The notes beneath the pieces are model-generated. The model saw only the letters and a program-made list of their open reading frames with translations. It was not told the origin of the DNA and searched no databases. The translations under genes and the position numbers were made by a program. 64,000 bases of DNA, taken from the NCBI RefSeq assembly GCF_009914755.1, contig NC_060934.1; one strand, given 5' to 3'. Source of the stretch: the human T2T-CHM13v2.0 reference genome, Homo sapiens. Shown here in pieces: positions 13,311 through 26,348 of this stretch. Each line of letters begins with the position of its first letter. The stretch's first letter is position 1.

Positions 13311-16300
13311 TTTACTTGCATTATACGCAGAACATTAGAGGCATGGAACAGTGTCTGACACATGGTTGAAATTCAATATATATTGACTGAGTGAATTAAT
13401 GAATGAATAAAGATGGATCCATAAAGATAAATGGATGGCTAGATGGACAAAGTATGTTTTCTGAGTTCAGCTTCCCTAAAAAATACAGAGAATACAGAAA
13501 ACAACCACTGAAAAATTATTGGCAATTATCTCTATATTGGAGGAAACAATTTAGAACAACCTCTGCTGGTCATGATTGGGTTCAGGGATATGACTGGATT
13601 GGAGGCAGTAAGGTGACTTCTTTCATTCATCTTCCAAGAAAACAAAGTACTACTATATTTGAACTTACCTGGTAACTTTTACTCTATGTTGTTGTCGTTG
13701 TTTTCAAAAATAAACAAACCCCTCCCCACTCTTTCCTTTCTCTTGTTTTCATTTGTGTTTTTTTAAGTGTTTCGTGCTCACTTACCTAAATTACAAAGGT
13801 AACTTGGAAACACAGGGGTCTACATAATACGAGGTATAAGGGATTATGTACTGCCATTGTGAGAACCCCTCATACAATCCTGCCTTTTTTCTTTAGTTTC
13901 CCTCTTTTTGATCAGATTATGCTCCTGGTGTAAATCAGGCTCAGGACCAAGAGCCCTGGTGGGACCAGCAAGAGGGACACAGCAGGAAAAAGAAGAACAA
14001 TTCCTACCAAAGCATGTTACTAAGTTTCTTTCTCTCAGGAAGTAATAACAGGAATGTTTTCATTTTCTCAGTTCTAATGATTTCATACTGAAAGAGAAAA
14101 AATAAGTCACAAGACCAGTGATCTCCATGGCTGGATTGGCTCCAAGAGAAAAAATCCATGACAAGAATAGCTGGGAGTTGAGTCACTGTGCCCAGAAGTT
14201 CTGCAAACATGATTCAGGAGGTAATTCTCTCTGCTTTAGTGTAGCAGGAAGGTGTGGAGAAGGGTCCACTAACATGTATTAACAGCGTGCAGTTTGCCAG
14301 GCACCATCCCTGAGGCTTTTCTTGGTTTAGCTGATTTAATCCTTACAATAAACATCTGTGATAGGAAGCAGAGGGAAAGAGAGGTTAAGCAAGTTCCCCA
14401 GGGCCACACAACTAAAATGCTGCTCTATTTTGCTTCAGACCTGGAAGACCTGGCAATGTTATCTTAGTTTGGAATATTAACCAAAAATATAAAATTACAA
14501 AGACAGGCTCCAAATAGTTCTTTATGCTTTGGAAAAGTAAGAAGTCTCATAAAATATAATTGAATTGTGAAAAATGTAAAATCTTCAGTCTAGGTTAAAA
14601 AAAGTAATTATGGAAGAACACAAAATATATATTACTTACATATGTGTTATAGTAATATTATTTACATATGTTTATATTTTAAAATATGTAATATAAAATT
14701 ACTTTTATATATAGTATAATTAAAAGAATGTACATGGTCTAAATATATTTTGATAAAAATAATATATAGTCTTCTTTCATATGCACACACACACAGAGAC
14801 ATATATATAATGGAAACATACAGAATGGTAACAGGTTTTTACCAACAATTGCTTGTAGCTAATGTAGAACATACTTGAGAAAATGGCTTCTGTGAAAGAC
14901 CAGTTAGTACCAAAATAATCTGGCCCAGAAAAATAGCCACCATTCTTGACTACATTAATAGAAATAGAATAACCCCCAAAGGGAGATGAGAAGCATTCTA
15001 AAGTGCACTGATCATGAGTTTCTATGTGATGATTTGTGTCCATTTGGAGCTCCAGTGCTTTAAAGCTGAAATGAACCCTGGCCTTTCACCACCCTCCCTG
15101 CCCATAGTATGGTATATCCTCTTATTCCTTCCCTCTTAGCTTACTGAGAGTGTAATTTCCAACCAGTTAAGCCAAAGAGGACTATTTTCTAGAAAAGGAG
15201 AGAGAGAATGAATTAGCAGATAAATGAAGAGTGTGAGGGAGGCCTTTGGTGGTCCTAGGGTTGGAAGAGAGTTTTGGAGAAGCATTCAGGGATTTGCTTT
15301 CTACCAGGTGGCAGAATATAGGGAAAGATGGGAGTGTAAGGGGTTTGCATTTATGGAAGGATTCCAGATTTCTAAATGTATTGGCAGGAGCCAAGTTCCT
15401 GTCATGACCCTTGATTGGAGACCAGGGCTTCGAGCCAAACCACAAGGGATGATAGAGAACAATTGATAGAAAAATTCATTCATTTCCTGAGAAAGTAATA
15501 GGAAAATATAAACCCACAAACAAAAAGTGACCTTCCCATGCTCCCAGAGGGGTAACAGAATTGACAGTGGAAGGAGGGATTTTCCAGCCTAAACCTGGCC
15601 TATACACACTGTACTTAAGTAAGGAAGTGGGAAATGGTAGCCAAGTGTGAATTAAATAGCAACTCAACACCATTTTGGACAAAAAATGGGGCCAGGATTT
15701 AAGACATGGTGTGAAGCATCTGGTCAATTTCTTTGACCTGGAAATTCTAATTTCCGGAATGCATCGTATTGAAAAACCCACACAATTGTACAAAGACGGA
15801 CATACAGTGATATTCACTTCAACATTGTTTGTAATAGTGATAATCTGAAAATGACTTAAATGTCCAGCAAAAATACATTAATTAAACATTAAAATATGCC
15901 TATTAAATGTTGTCCTTGAAAAAAAATAGCAAGATTATAAGTACTGACATGGAGAGATACCCAAGATTTATCATTGAATTGAAAACCACAGCTACAAAAC
16001 AACATGGATGGGGAGTGATTAAAGCACATTATGATCCAAGTTTAACTTCAGACTTTTATTTTGTTTATACTGATGAATTTATAATATATAGATTTTTATT
16101 TTTATAATTAGAAAACATATGCAAAAAATTTAAGGGTATCAATGTGTAGCAAAGAAAAAAACAAAAGGAAGAATCTCCCTCCATAGTCAGGTAAAAAGTG
16201 AACGTGCTCTCAGGCAAACAGGAAAGGTTCCTTGAGACACTAGAAGGCAGGGGAGGGGTCTCCTGGGTACATTCTCCCTTCGCCTCCCACTGCCTCGCCT

Positions 16301-16967
16301 GGCGTTAAACACAGCTGGATTACATTTCTGCTTTCAGAAGTTTGCACTCAGAGTGACGGTCTCTCCTAGGAGGGGACCCTCAATTCTAATTTTGTGATCT
16401 GCCATCTCCAAACACTGTCCCCATTTTAAGTTGGTCCCAGCTTCACCCATTCATCTCCAGTCAGAGTTTCTCATGTTGGTTCTGCTGATTTCTGCTACTT
16501 TTGACCGTAGCCCATATTTATGTGTCGGTTGGAAGTCTGAAGTTTTCTTCACCATCTGGTTTCACTAAAGATAGAATGTGTGAGGATGTTTTATCTGATG
16601 CCTTCTTCCTCGTTATTATTCCAAAGTAGAAATTTCTGACTAAGCTGCTCCAGTGTTTTTTAATGGTATCATTTCTGAAGTTGGTTTCAATGGCCAATTT
16701 TGGAATTCATGGCTGAATATTAATTCTGTTTACCTCTTTGCATTCCAGCTATTATAATCCCAATTTACCCTAAAGAAACTCTTGCCTCAGATATTATAGG
16801 TGAAAAGTCTTAAACAAAGAAGTACAAGAAGAAAAAGCACGTTAATATATTTCCAACTATGGTCATGCCACAGAGGAAATAATAAATAACTTTGGTTTTA
16901 AAAACAGTGGCTATTTATGATTTTAAAAAGAAGGCAAATATTTGTCTGTTAAGTATTTGCAACTCTT

Positions 16968-17369
16968 GAGAAGGATTCCCTCCTTGACCAAACTTTAGGC
17001 AGGTTCCTTTTTAGTCAGAGCCCTCTTCTTGACTAGGCCTCAACATGGCTCTCATCCTTCTCCTTCAGAGACCAGTTTTAGCAAAGAATCCTGCTGAGCC
17101 ACTTTATCAAGAATGCCCCCCCACCCTGATATACAATTAAGTACTTCTTTCCCAGGCCTTGATATCTAAGCAAGTTCTTTTTAGTAATTTTCTATCCACT
17201 CCTTCATCCAGCCTGTTGACTACAAATCCACACTTGTTGTATTCAGTGTTGAGTTTAGTCTTTCTCCCATATTGCAATAGTCTGTCTCTCTCATTGTAAT
17301 AGTCTTGAAAAAAAATAAAAGTCTCTCTTGACATTTTAACAGGTGCCCACTGCAAAATTTATCTTTAAC
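16968..17369 (+). mobile_element. MER31-family (ERV1) solo LTR
   Basis: TCCTTGACCAAACTTTAGGCAGG...GACTAGGCCTC...TTTTAGCAAAGAATCCTGCT, with AATAAA near the 3' end. Confidence 0.7.
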
Positions 17370-18176
17370 TCCACAAGGTTGCTATCAATACTCAACACTT
17401 TACAGATGTGGAAACTAAGGCTCCAATAGATCAAGTAATTATCCAAGGTCAAACCACTGGTAAGTGGTAGGAACAGATGTGAACTCAAGCACTGATATTC
17501 CAGAAACCAAACAAACACTTCGCTACTGCACTTTTTGTCTGACTTTCTCAGCTCAATAGTTTGTGAAAACATCTCAGTTTGGAACCAGTTTAGGTCATAA
17601 ATGCCAGTTTTAGGGAAAGTATTAGGCAGGATGTATGATGATGGTATTTGGCAATAAGCCACACTATTGGGGTATGAAATCCAGTCCTCTGGCATGAACA
17701 TCATAGGGCCAGCTACTGAGAACTATACATACTATCCCTACTTAGTGTTCCTGGCTGAGATATTCAACCCTGGCTCTTGGTTCTCCATCAGAATAAACAG
17801 TTATGGTACTATTAGAGTTTTCCCTTTAGTGTTCCATGTGCATTCACATGCAGGGTCTACACTGTTGCTGTTGATGAGGCAAGAGTTAATCAACTTTACT
17901 CTTCTCATTCCACAGAGATGGAAACCAAGGCACAGAACTACTGTGACTTTCCCAGAACCTCAGACCTAGACTGGTTTGCACCTTGAACTTGATTCCAGGA
18001 TATGGATTCATGAAATGTTAGTCATCATATTTCATACTGAGAAAGGTCCTGGAAGGATCATCCAGACCAACGATTTTTATTTCTCTGAGCATAAAACTGA
18101 GACCTGTTTTATGATTTATCTAATATCACAAACAGTTGGTGACAGAAGTAGGAAATACAGCTGAGGCCAAAACTCA

Positions 18177-18563
<387 letters not shown>

Positions 18564-18893
18564 CTAAGAGCTTCACAACAAGCCTATGAAATAGGTGCTA
18601 CCACTCTTTACAGATGAAGAACGGATGCAAGTTCACACAAGCAGTGCATTTCAGAGTTGAAATCAGAAACTATATAGTTTAGATCCAGAGACTTGCTGCA
18701 CTTAAGGAACACACTGAACAAGGGAAGTTCTAGAATTGGGCAGACCTGGACTTCTGTCCTTGGGCATATCACTTAAGTTCTCTGAATCTTCTCTTACTCA
18801 TCTGTTAAATGGCCATATTTCACATGAGTGTAAAATGGAGTAAATTAGGTAAGTCCTATAAAGCCCTGAGCAAAAATTCTCAATCAATATTAG

Positions 18894-19291
18894 TGTTGAA
18901 TTAAGTTTCACTTAAAGCTGCCTCCTTGCATATTTTAAGTTCACCCTGACAGTTTTTCTGTACATAGTAAACTATAACCTAACTGGATGTGTAAACAGAC
19001 TGTAACCTACTCCTGTGCCACTCACAGTTTTGGCCAATCAAAGGTGGCCAACCATTCAAACCATGTTAAAATAAGGCAAATGCTGGGCTGTAACCAACAC
19101 TTCCATTTCTGTACCTCACTTCTGTTTTTTATAGGTCATTTTCCTTTTTCTGTCCATAAATCTTCTACCAGGCAGCTGCACCGGAGTCTCTCTGAGGCCA
19201 CTCTGGCTCGGAAGTCTGCCTGATTGGTGAATAATTCTTTGCTCAATTAAACTCTACTAAATTTAATTTGTCTAAGGTTTTTCTTTTAACA
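18894..19291 (+). mobile_element. MER57-family (ERV1) solo LTR
   Basis: TGTTGAATTAAGTTT...CTTTTAACA, 4-bp TSD TTAG, CCAAT box, CATAAA TATA-like box and ATTAAA. Confidence 0.8.
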
Positions 19292-19513
19292 TTAGCTACT
19301 GATGTCACTATTAATATTAGCTAGTGATGACAACAGTTCTCCGGAATCCACCCTAGTCCTGTGGTCATTTTTAGATTTCTGGTTCTCTGACCACTACATT
19401 GCTAATCCTCCTTCTAGTAAATTTTCATCTACCTTGAACTTCCTTACACACTATTCCCCCTAAACGTTGTTCCAGTTGAGTGCCCAGCCAGAAAGATTAA
19501 AGCTCTCCCTGCT

Positions 19514-19749
19514 GAAATCTCCTTTCCCTCCAGCAGGAAACCAGTGTAGTTATGTTGTTTGTACTTGCCAGGATACACTTCCATTTCATATTTGCAAGTA
19601 CACATAAAGGTATCCTTCATCAGCAGCACAGTGCTTCCTTTCCTCTGAATCTGCCATCAGCTCAGGCAGATTTCTAAGCAGCAAATCAGCCTTTGCCAGA
19701 ACACTGCAGGACACCAGTGCAGCGCCCAGCCTGCGACCATGAGGTAAAG
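19514..19749 (+). promoter_or_regulatory. IFIT-type distal promoter and first exon (candidate alternative IFIT2 exon 1)
   Basis: CATAAAGGTATCCTTCA aligns with the IFIT2/IFIT3 TATA segments. GCAGATTTCTAAGCAGCAAATCAGCC aligns with the IFIT3 5' UTR. It ends CTGCGACCATGAG|GTAAAG versus IFIT2 CTGCAACCATGAG|GTAAAT. Confidence 0.75.
19739..19743 (+). CDS. IFIT2: Coding ATGAG of the putative distal first exon; splicing to 41830 would give identical IFIT2 protein
   Basis: Kozak ACCATG, the same 5-nt coding micro-exon and the same phase-2 GT donor as the proximal exon. The splice is inferred, not observed. Confidence 0.55.
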
Positions 19750-20571
19750 GATTTTTTCTTGCATTTATCCCTTGAAATTATGTTGTGTGCCTTTGAAAAC
19801 CTCAAGGTAGATTTTCTTAGGTGCTGGATTTGGGCATCTGCTTAAATATTTAACATATCTTAGAGAATACTTGTTTCTTGTTAATTCAGGCATTTTAAAA
19901 TCTGTGGCGCTTCCAGACTCATATCAACATTCCCTGATGGAAGCCTTTAGCAATCCTAACCAGGAAGTGGCCAGAGCCTGGAGCCAGAGACGAACGTCCC
20001 TCATAGGAGGGGTTGCTGGAGGAGGAGGGGCAAATCTATTTCATTCTGTCCTTGCAGGCACATTTTCATCAGTTAATGATGCAAACCAGGCTGAAACGTT
20101 CTTAACAAGCATGTGTGTTTCTGTTTTTCATTTGAAAGTCAGGAGCATGAGGCTATATTCATCATAGAGGCAGGGTTTCTCTGTGTCAGAGCTCAGCATT
20201 GGCAGCTCTAGCAAAGGACAGGCTGCATTTAGCTGGTTCTTTTCTAAGGAGCCACAGTCAGGCACTAAACCAGCATCTACACCTCTGAGGCCCCTAAAAG
20301 CCTCCAGTGAAGCTGGGCTTGATCAGACCTCAAAAAGATCTCCCTTTGCATTTTGCTCTTAGTTCTCAGTGATCTTTAAAAAATAATAATAATAAAAAGA
20401 TTAGAATCATGAAAGATTTTTCTCAGGATATGAATACTATAGGCACACTAAAGAAACTTTGGAAAAATGCCAGCAAGTATAAGCGAAAAAAAATCATACT
20501 GCCCCTTATATCACCCACTGAAATTAAAATATTTAAACATTATGCTTCTGTGTACACCTGTATACGCTATA

Positions 20572-20970
20572 TGTCAGGCCTCTGAGCCCAAGCTAAGCCA
20601 TCATATACCCTGTGACCTGCACGTATAAATCCGGATGACCTGAAGTAACTGAAGAATCACAAAAGAAGTGAAAATGGCCTGTCCCTGCCTTAACTGATGA
20701 CATTACCTTGTGAAATTCCTTCTCCCAGCTCTTCCTGGCTCAAAAGCTCCCCCACTGAGCACCTTGTGCCCCCCACCCCTGCCAGCCAGAGAACATCCGC
20801 CTTTGACTGTAATTTTCCACTATCTACCCAAATCTTATAAAAACAGCCCATCCCATCTCCCTTCACTGACTCTCTTTTTGGACTCAGCTCGCCTGCACCC
20901 AGGTGATTAAAAAGCTTTATTGCTCACACAAAGCCTGTTTGGTGGTCTCTTCACATGGACGCGAGTGACA
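20572..20970 (+). repeat. 5' LTR7 (LTR7B-like)
   Basis: TGTCAGGCCTCTGAGCCC start, TATAAAA box, ATTAAA at 20906-20911. About 92% identical to the 3' LTR by hand count. Confidence 0.93.
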
Positions 20971-20972
20971 TT

Positions 20973-20990
20973 TGGTGCCGTGACTCGGAT
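20973..20990 (+). other. Primer-binding site for tRNA-His
   Basis: TGGTGCCGTGACTCGGAT is the 18-nt complement of the tRNA-His(GTG) 3' end including CCA. Confidence 0.95.
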
Positions 20991-21499
20991 CGGGGAACCT
21001 CCCTTGGGAGATCAATCCCCTGTCCTCCTGCTCTTTGTTCCAAGAGAAAGATCCACCTACGACCTCTGCTCCTCAGACCAACCAGCCCAAGGAACATCTC
21101 ACCAATTTTAAATCGGGTAAGTGGCCTGTCTTTACTCTCTTCTCCAATCTCTCTCACTATCCCTCAACCTCTTTCTCCTTTCAATCTCGGCACCACACTT
21201 CAATCTTTCCCTTCTCTTAATTTCAATTCCTTTCCTTTTTTGGTAGAGATACGGGAGATGTGTTTTATCTGTGGACTCAAAACTCCAGTGCTGGTCACAG
21301 ATTCGGGAAGACAGTCTTCCCTTGGTGTTTAATCACTGCAGAGATGCCTGCCTGATTATTCACCCACATTTCATTGGTGTCTGATCACCGTGGGGATGCC
21401 TGCCTTGGTCATTCACCCACATTCCCTTAGTGGCAAGGCAATTGTGGGGACACCTGCTTTGGCTGCTCACCCACATTTGCAGCCCAGGGCTGCTCACCC

Positions 21500-21740
21500 A
21501 ACCCCTTCTCTCCATGTCTCTACCCTCTCTTTTCTCTCCACTTTCCTGGGGGGCAAGGACCCCCTACCCCTTCTCCACTTTCCTGGGGGGCAAGCACCCC
21601 CCACTCCTTCTCTCTGTGTCTCTACCCTCTCTTTTCTCTCCACTTCCCTGGGGGACAAACACCCCACCCCTTCCCCATGTTCCTGGGGTGCAAGAACCCC
21701 CCACCCCTTCTCTCTGTGTCTCTACCCTCTCTTTTCTCTG
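21500..21740. repeat. Pyrimidine-rich alternating tandem repeats in the HERV-H leader
   Basis: TGTCTCTACCCTCTCTTTTCTCT occurs three times and CCTGGGG(G)...CAA four times. Confidence 0.8.
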
Positions 21741-22695
21741 GACTTGCCTCCTTCACTATAGGCAAACTTCCACCCTCCATTCCTCCTTCTTCTCCCTTAG
21801 CCTGTGTTCTCAAGAACTTAAAACCTCTTCAACTCACACCCGACTTAAAACCCAAATGCCTTATTTTCTTCTGCAATGCCACTTAACCCCAATACAAACT
21901 CGACAGTGGTTCCAAAGAGCCATAAAATGGCACTTTTGATTTCTCCATCCTACAACACCTAGATAATTTTTGTCGAAAAATGGGCAAATGGTCTGAGGTG
22001 CCTGACGTCCAGGCATTCTTTTACACATCGGTCCCTCGTCCCTCCCTAATCTCTGTTCCCAATGCAACTCATCCCAAATCTTCCTTCTTTCCCTCCTGCC
22101 TGTCCCCTCAGTTCCAACCCCAAGTGTCACTAAGTCTTTCCAATCTTCCTTTTCTACGGACCCATCTGACCTCTCCCCTCCTCCCCAGGCTGCTCCTAGC
22201 CAGGCCGAGCCAGTTCCAATTCTCCCTTAGCCTCCGCTCCCCCACCCTATAATCCTTCTATCACCTCCCCTCCTCACACCCAGTCCAGCTTCCAGTTTCG
22301 TTCTGCGACTAGCCCTCCCGGACCTGCCCAGCAATTTCCTCTTAAAAAGGTGGCTGGAGCTAAAGGCATAGTCAAGGTTAATGCTCCTTTTTCTTTATCC
22401 AACCTCTCCCAAATCAGTTAGCGTTTAGGCTCTTTTTCATCAAATATAAAAACCCAGCCCAGTTCATGGCTTGTTTGGCATCAACCCTGAGATGCTTTAC
22501 AGCCCTAGACCCTGAAAGGTCAAAAGGCCGTCTTATTCTCAATATACGTTTTATTACCCAATCTGCTCCCAACATTAAATAAAACTCCAAAAATTAAATT
22601 CCGGCCCTCAAACCCCACAATAGGATTTAATTAACCTTGCCTTCAAGGTGTACAATAATAGAGTAGAGTCAGCCAAGTAACAATGTATTTCTGAG

Positions 22696-22911
22696 TTGCA
22701 ATTCCTTGCCTCCACTGTGAGAGAAACCCCAGCCACATCTCCAGCACACAAGAACTTCAAAATGCCTAAGCCGCAGCAGTCAAGCATTCCTAGAGGACCT
22801 TCTCCATCAGGATCTTGCTTCAAGTGCCAGAAATCTGGCCACTGGGCCAAGGAATGCCCACAGCCCGGGATTCCTCCTAAGCTGTGTCCCATCTGTGTGG
22901 GACCCCACTGA
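22696..22911 (+). pseudogene. HERV-H gag nucleocapsid fragment
   Basis: Zinc knuckle CFKCQKSGHWAKEC. Confidence 0.85.
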
Positions 22912-23079
22912 AAATCAGACTGTCCAGCTCACCTGGCAGCCACTCCCAGAGCCCCTGGAACTCTGGCCCAAGGCTCTCTGATTGACTTCTTCCAAGATCT
23001 TCTGGGCTTAGTGGCTGAAGACTGACACTGCCCGATCACCTGAGAAGCCTCCTGGACCATCACAGATGCTTTAGGTAAC

Positions 23080-25535
23080 TCTTACAGTAGAGGGTAAGTC
23101 CATTCCCTTCTTAATCAATACAGAGGCTACCCACTCTGCATTACCTTCTTTTCAAGGTCCTGTTTCCCTTGCCTCCATAACTGTTGTGGGTATTGACGGC
23201 CAGGCTTCTAAACCTCTTAAAACTCCCCAACTCTGATGCCAACTTGGACAACATTCTTTTATGCACCCTTTTTTAATTATCCCCACCTGCCCAGTTCCCT
23301 TATTAGGCTGAGACATTTTAACCAAATTATCTGCTTCCCTGACTATTCCTAAACTACAGCCACATCTCATTGCCACCCTTCTTCCCAACCCAAAGCCTCC
23401 TTCATGTCTTCCTTTCATATCCCCCCACCTTAACCCACAAGTATAAGATACCTCTACTCCCTCCTTGGTGACTGATCATGCACCCCTTACCATCCCATTA
23501 AAACCTAATCACCCTTACACCACTCAATGCCAATATCCCATCCCACAGCACGCTTTAAAAAGGATTAAAGCATGTTATCACTTGCCTGTTACAGCATGGC
23601 CTTTTAAAGCCTATAAACTCTCCTTACAATTCCCCCATTTTACCTCTCCAAAAACCAGACAGGTCTTACAGGTTAGTTCAGGATCCGCACCTTATCAACC
23701 AAATTGTTTTGCCTATCCACCCTGTAGTGCCCAACTCGTACACTCTTTTGTCCTCAATACCTCCCTCCACAACCTCTCCACAACCCAGTATTCTGTTCTG
23801 GATCTCAAACATGCTTTCTTTACTATTCCTTTGCACCCTTCATCCCAGCCTCTTTTCACTTTCACTTGGACTGACCCCGACACCCATCAGGCTCAGCAAA
23901 TTACCTGGGCTGTACTGCTGCAAGGCTTTGCGGACAGCCCCCATTACTTCAGTCAAGTCCAAATTTCTTCTTCATCTGTTACCTATCTTGGCATAATTCT
24001 CCATGAAAACACATGTGCTCTCCCTGCTGATCATGTCTGACTAATCTCCCAAACCCCAACTCCTTCTACAAAACAACTGCTTTCCTTCCTAGGCATGGTT
24101 AGGTATTTCCACCTTTGGATACCTAGTTTTACCATCCTGACTAAACCATTATGTAAACTGACAAAAGCAAACCTAGCTGACCCCATAGATCCTAAATCCT
24201 TTTGCCACTCCTCTTTCCATTCCTTAAAAACAGCCCTAGAAGCTGCCCCCATGCTAGCTCTCCCTAACTCATCCCAACCCTTTTCGTTACACACAGCGAA
24301 AGTACAGGGCTGTGCAGTCAAAATTCTTACACAAGAGCCAGGACTGCATCCTGTAGCCTTTCTGTCCAAACAACCTGACCTTATTGTTTTAGGCTGGCCC
24401 CCACCCCCATGACTGTATCTCTCTGATCTACCTGACATTCACTCCATTTCCCCATATTTCCTTCTTTCCTGTTCCTCATCCTGATCACACTTGGTTTATT
24501 GATGGCAGTTCCACCAGGCCTAATCTCCACTCACCAGCAAAGGCAGGCTATACTATAGTATCTTCCACACCTATCATTGAGGCTACCACTCTGCCCCCTC
24601 CATTATCTCTCAGCAAGCCAAACTCATTGCCTTAACTCGGGCCCTCACTCTTGCAAAAGTACCACACATCAATATTTATACTGACTCTAAATATGCCTTC
24701 CATATCCTGCACCACCATGCTGTTACATGGGCAAAAAGAGGTTTCCTCACTACGCAAGGGTCCTCCATCATTAATTCCTCTTTAATAAAAACTCTTCTCA
24801 AGGCTGCTTTACTTCCAAAGGAAGCTGGAGTCATTCACTGCAAGGGCCATCAAAAGGCATCAGATCCCATTGCTCAGGGCAATGCTTATGCTGATAAGGT
24901 AGCTAAAGAAGCAGCTAGCATTCCAACTTCTGTCCTTCACGGCCAGTTTTTCTCCTTCTCAATGGTCACTCCCACCTACTCTCCCACTGAAACTTCCACC
25001 TATCAATCTCTTCCCACACAAGGCAAATGGTTCTTGGACCAAGGAAAATATCTCCTTCCAGCCTCACGGGCCCATTCTATTCTATCGTCATTTCATAACC
25101 TCTTCCATGTAGGTTACAAGCCACTAGCCCACCTCTTAGAACCTCTCATTTCCTTTCCATCATGGAAATCTATCCTTAAGGAAATCACTTCTCAGTGTTC
25201 CATCTGCTATTCTACTGCTCCTCAGGGAATGTTCAGGCCCCCTCCCTTCCTTACACACTAAGCTCGGGGATTTGCCTCTTCCCAGGACTGGCAAATTGAC
25301 TTTACTCACATGCTTCAAGTCAGGAAACTAAAATCCCTTTTGGTCTGGGTAGACACTTTCACTGGATGGGTAGAGGCCTTTCCCACAGGGTCTGAAAAGG
25401 CCACCATGGTCATTTCTTCCCTTCTGTGAGACAAAATTCCTCTGTTTGGCCTTTCCACCTCTATACAGTCTAATAACGAACCGGCCTTTATTAGTCAAAT
25501 CACCCAAGCAGTTTCTCAGGCTCTTGGTATTCAGT
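23080..25535 (+). pseudogene. HERV-H pro/pol (RT, RNase H, integrase) fragments
   Basis: LDLKHAFFTIPL and QGFADSPHYF (RT), WFIDGSS (RNase H) and DWQIDFT (integrase). Broken by stops, frameshifts and deletions. Confidence 0.88.
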
Positions 25536-26348
25536 GGCGCCTGGTTTTACCTCAAACTGCCACCCTTAAGTCTCTGTTTGAACGGATAGAAGATCTTTGG
25601 TGACAAAGTATACTCTAATACTTTCACCCCGATGAAGTCCTATTCTTTACTTTTACACTTACTCTTATTCTCGTTCCCATTCTTAGGCCACCCTCTACCT
25701 CTCCCCAGCTATCTCCACCACACTATCAATCTCAGTCACTCTCTCCTAGCCATTTCTAATCCTTCTTTAACAAACAATTGCTGGCTTTGCATTTCTCTTT
25801 CCTACAAAATCGCTGAGGCCTTGACTTACTCACTGCTAAAAAAAAAGGGGGGGGGGGACTCTGTATATTTTCACATGAAGAGTGCTGTTTTTACCTAAAT
25901 CAATCTGGCCTGGTATATGACAACAATAAAAAAAACTCAAAGATAGAGCCTAAAAACTTGCCAACCAAGCAAGTAATTACACTAAACCCTCTTGGACCCC
26001 CTTGGACACTCTCTAATTAGATGTCCTGGGTCCTCCCAATTCTTAGTCCTTTATTATCTGTTTTTCTCCTCCTCTTATTTGGACCTTATGTCTTCCATTT
26101 AGTTTCTCAATTCATCCAAAACCGTATCCAGGCCATCACCAATCATCCTATACAACAAATGCTCCTTCTAACAACCCCACAGTATCACCCCTTACCACAA
26201 AATCTTTCTTCAGCTTAATCTCTCCCACTCTAGAAGCAGCCCTGAGAAACATCGCCCATTATCTCTCCATGCCACCCCCAAAATTTTTGCTGCCAACACT
26301 TCAATACTATTTTATGCTATTTTTCTTATTAATATAAGAAGACAGGAA

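Noticed and set aside
21980-26218. HERV-H coding capacity
   Set aside because: gag, pro and pol are fragmented, the RT YxDD region appears deleted, and env is reduced to remnants.
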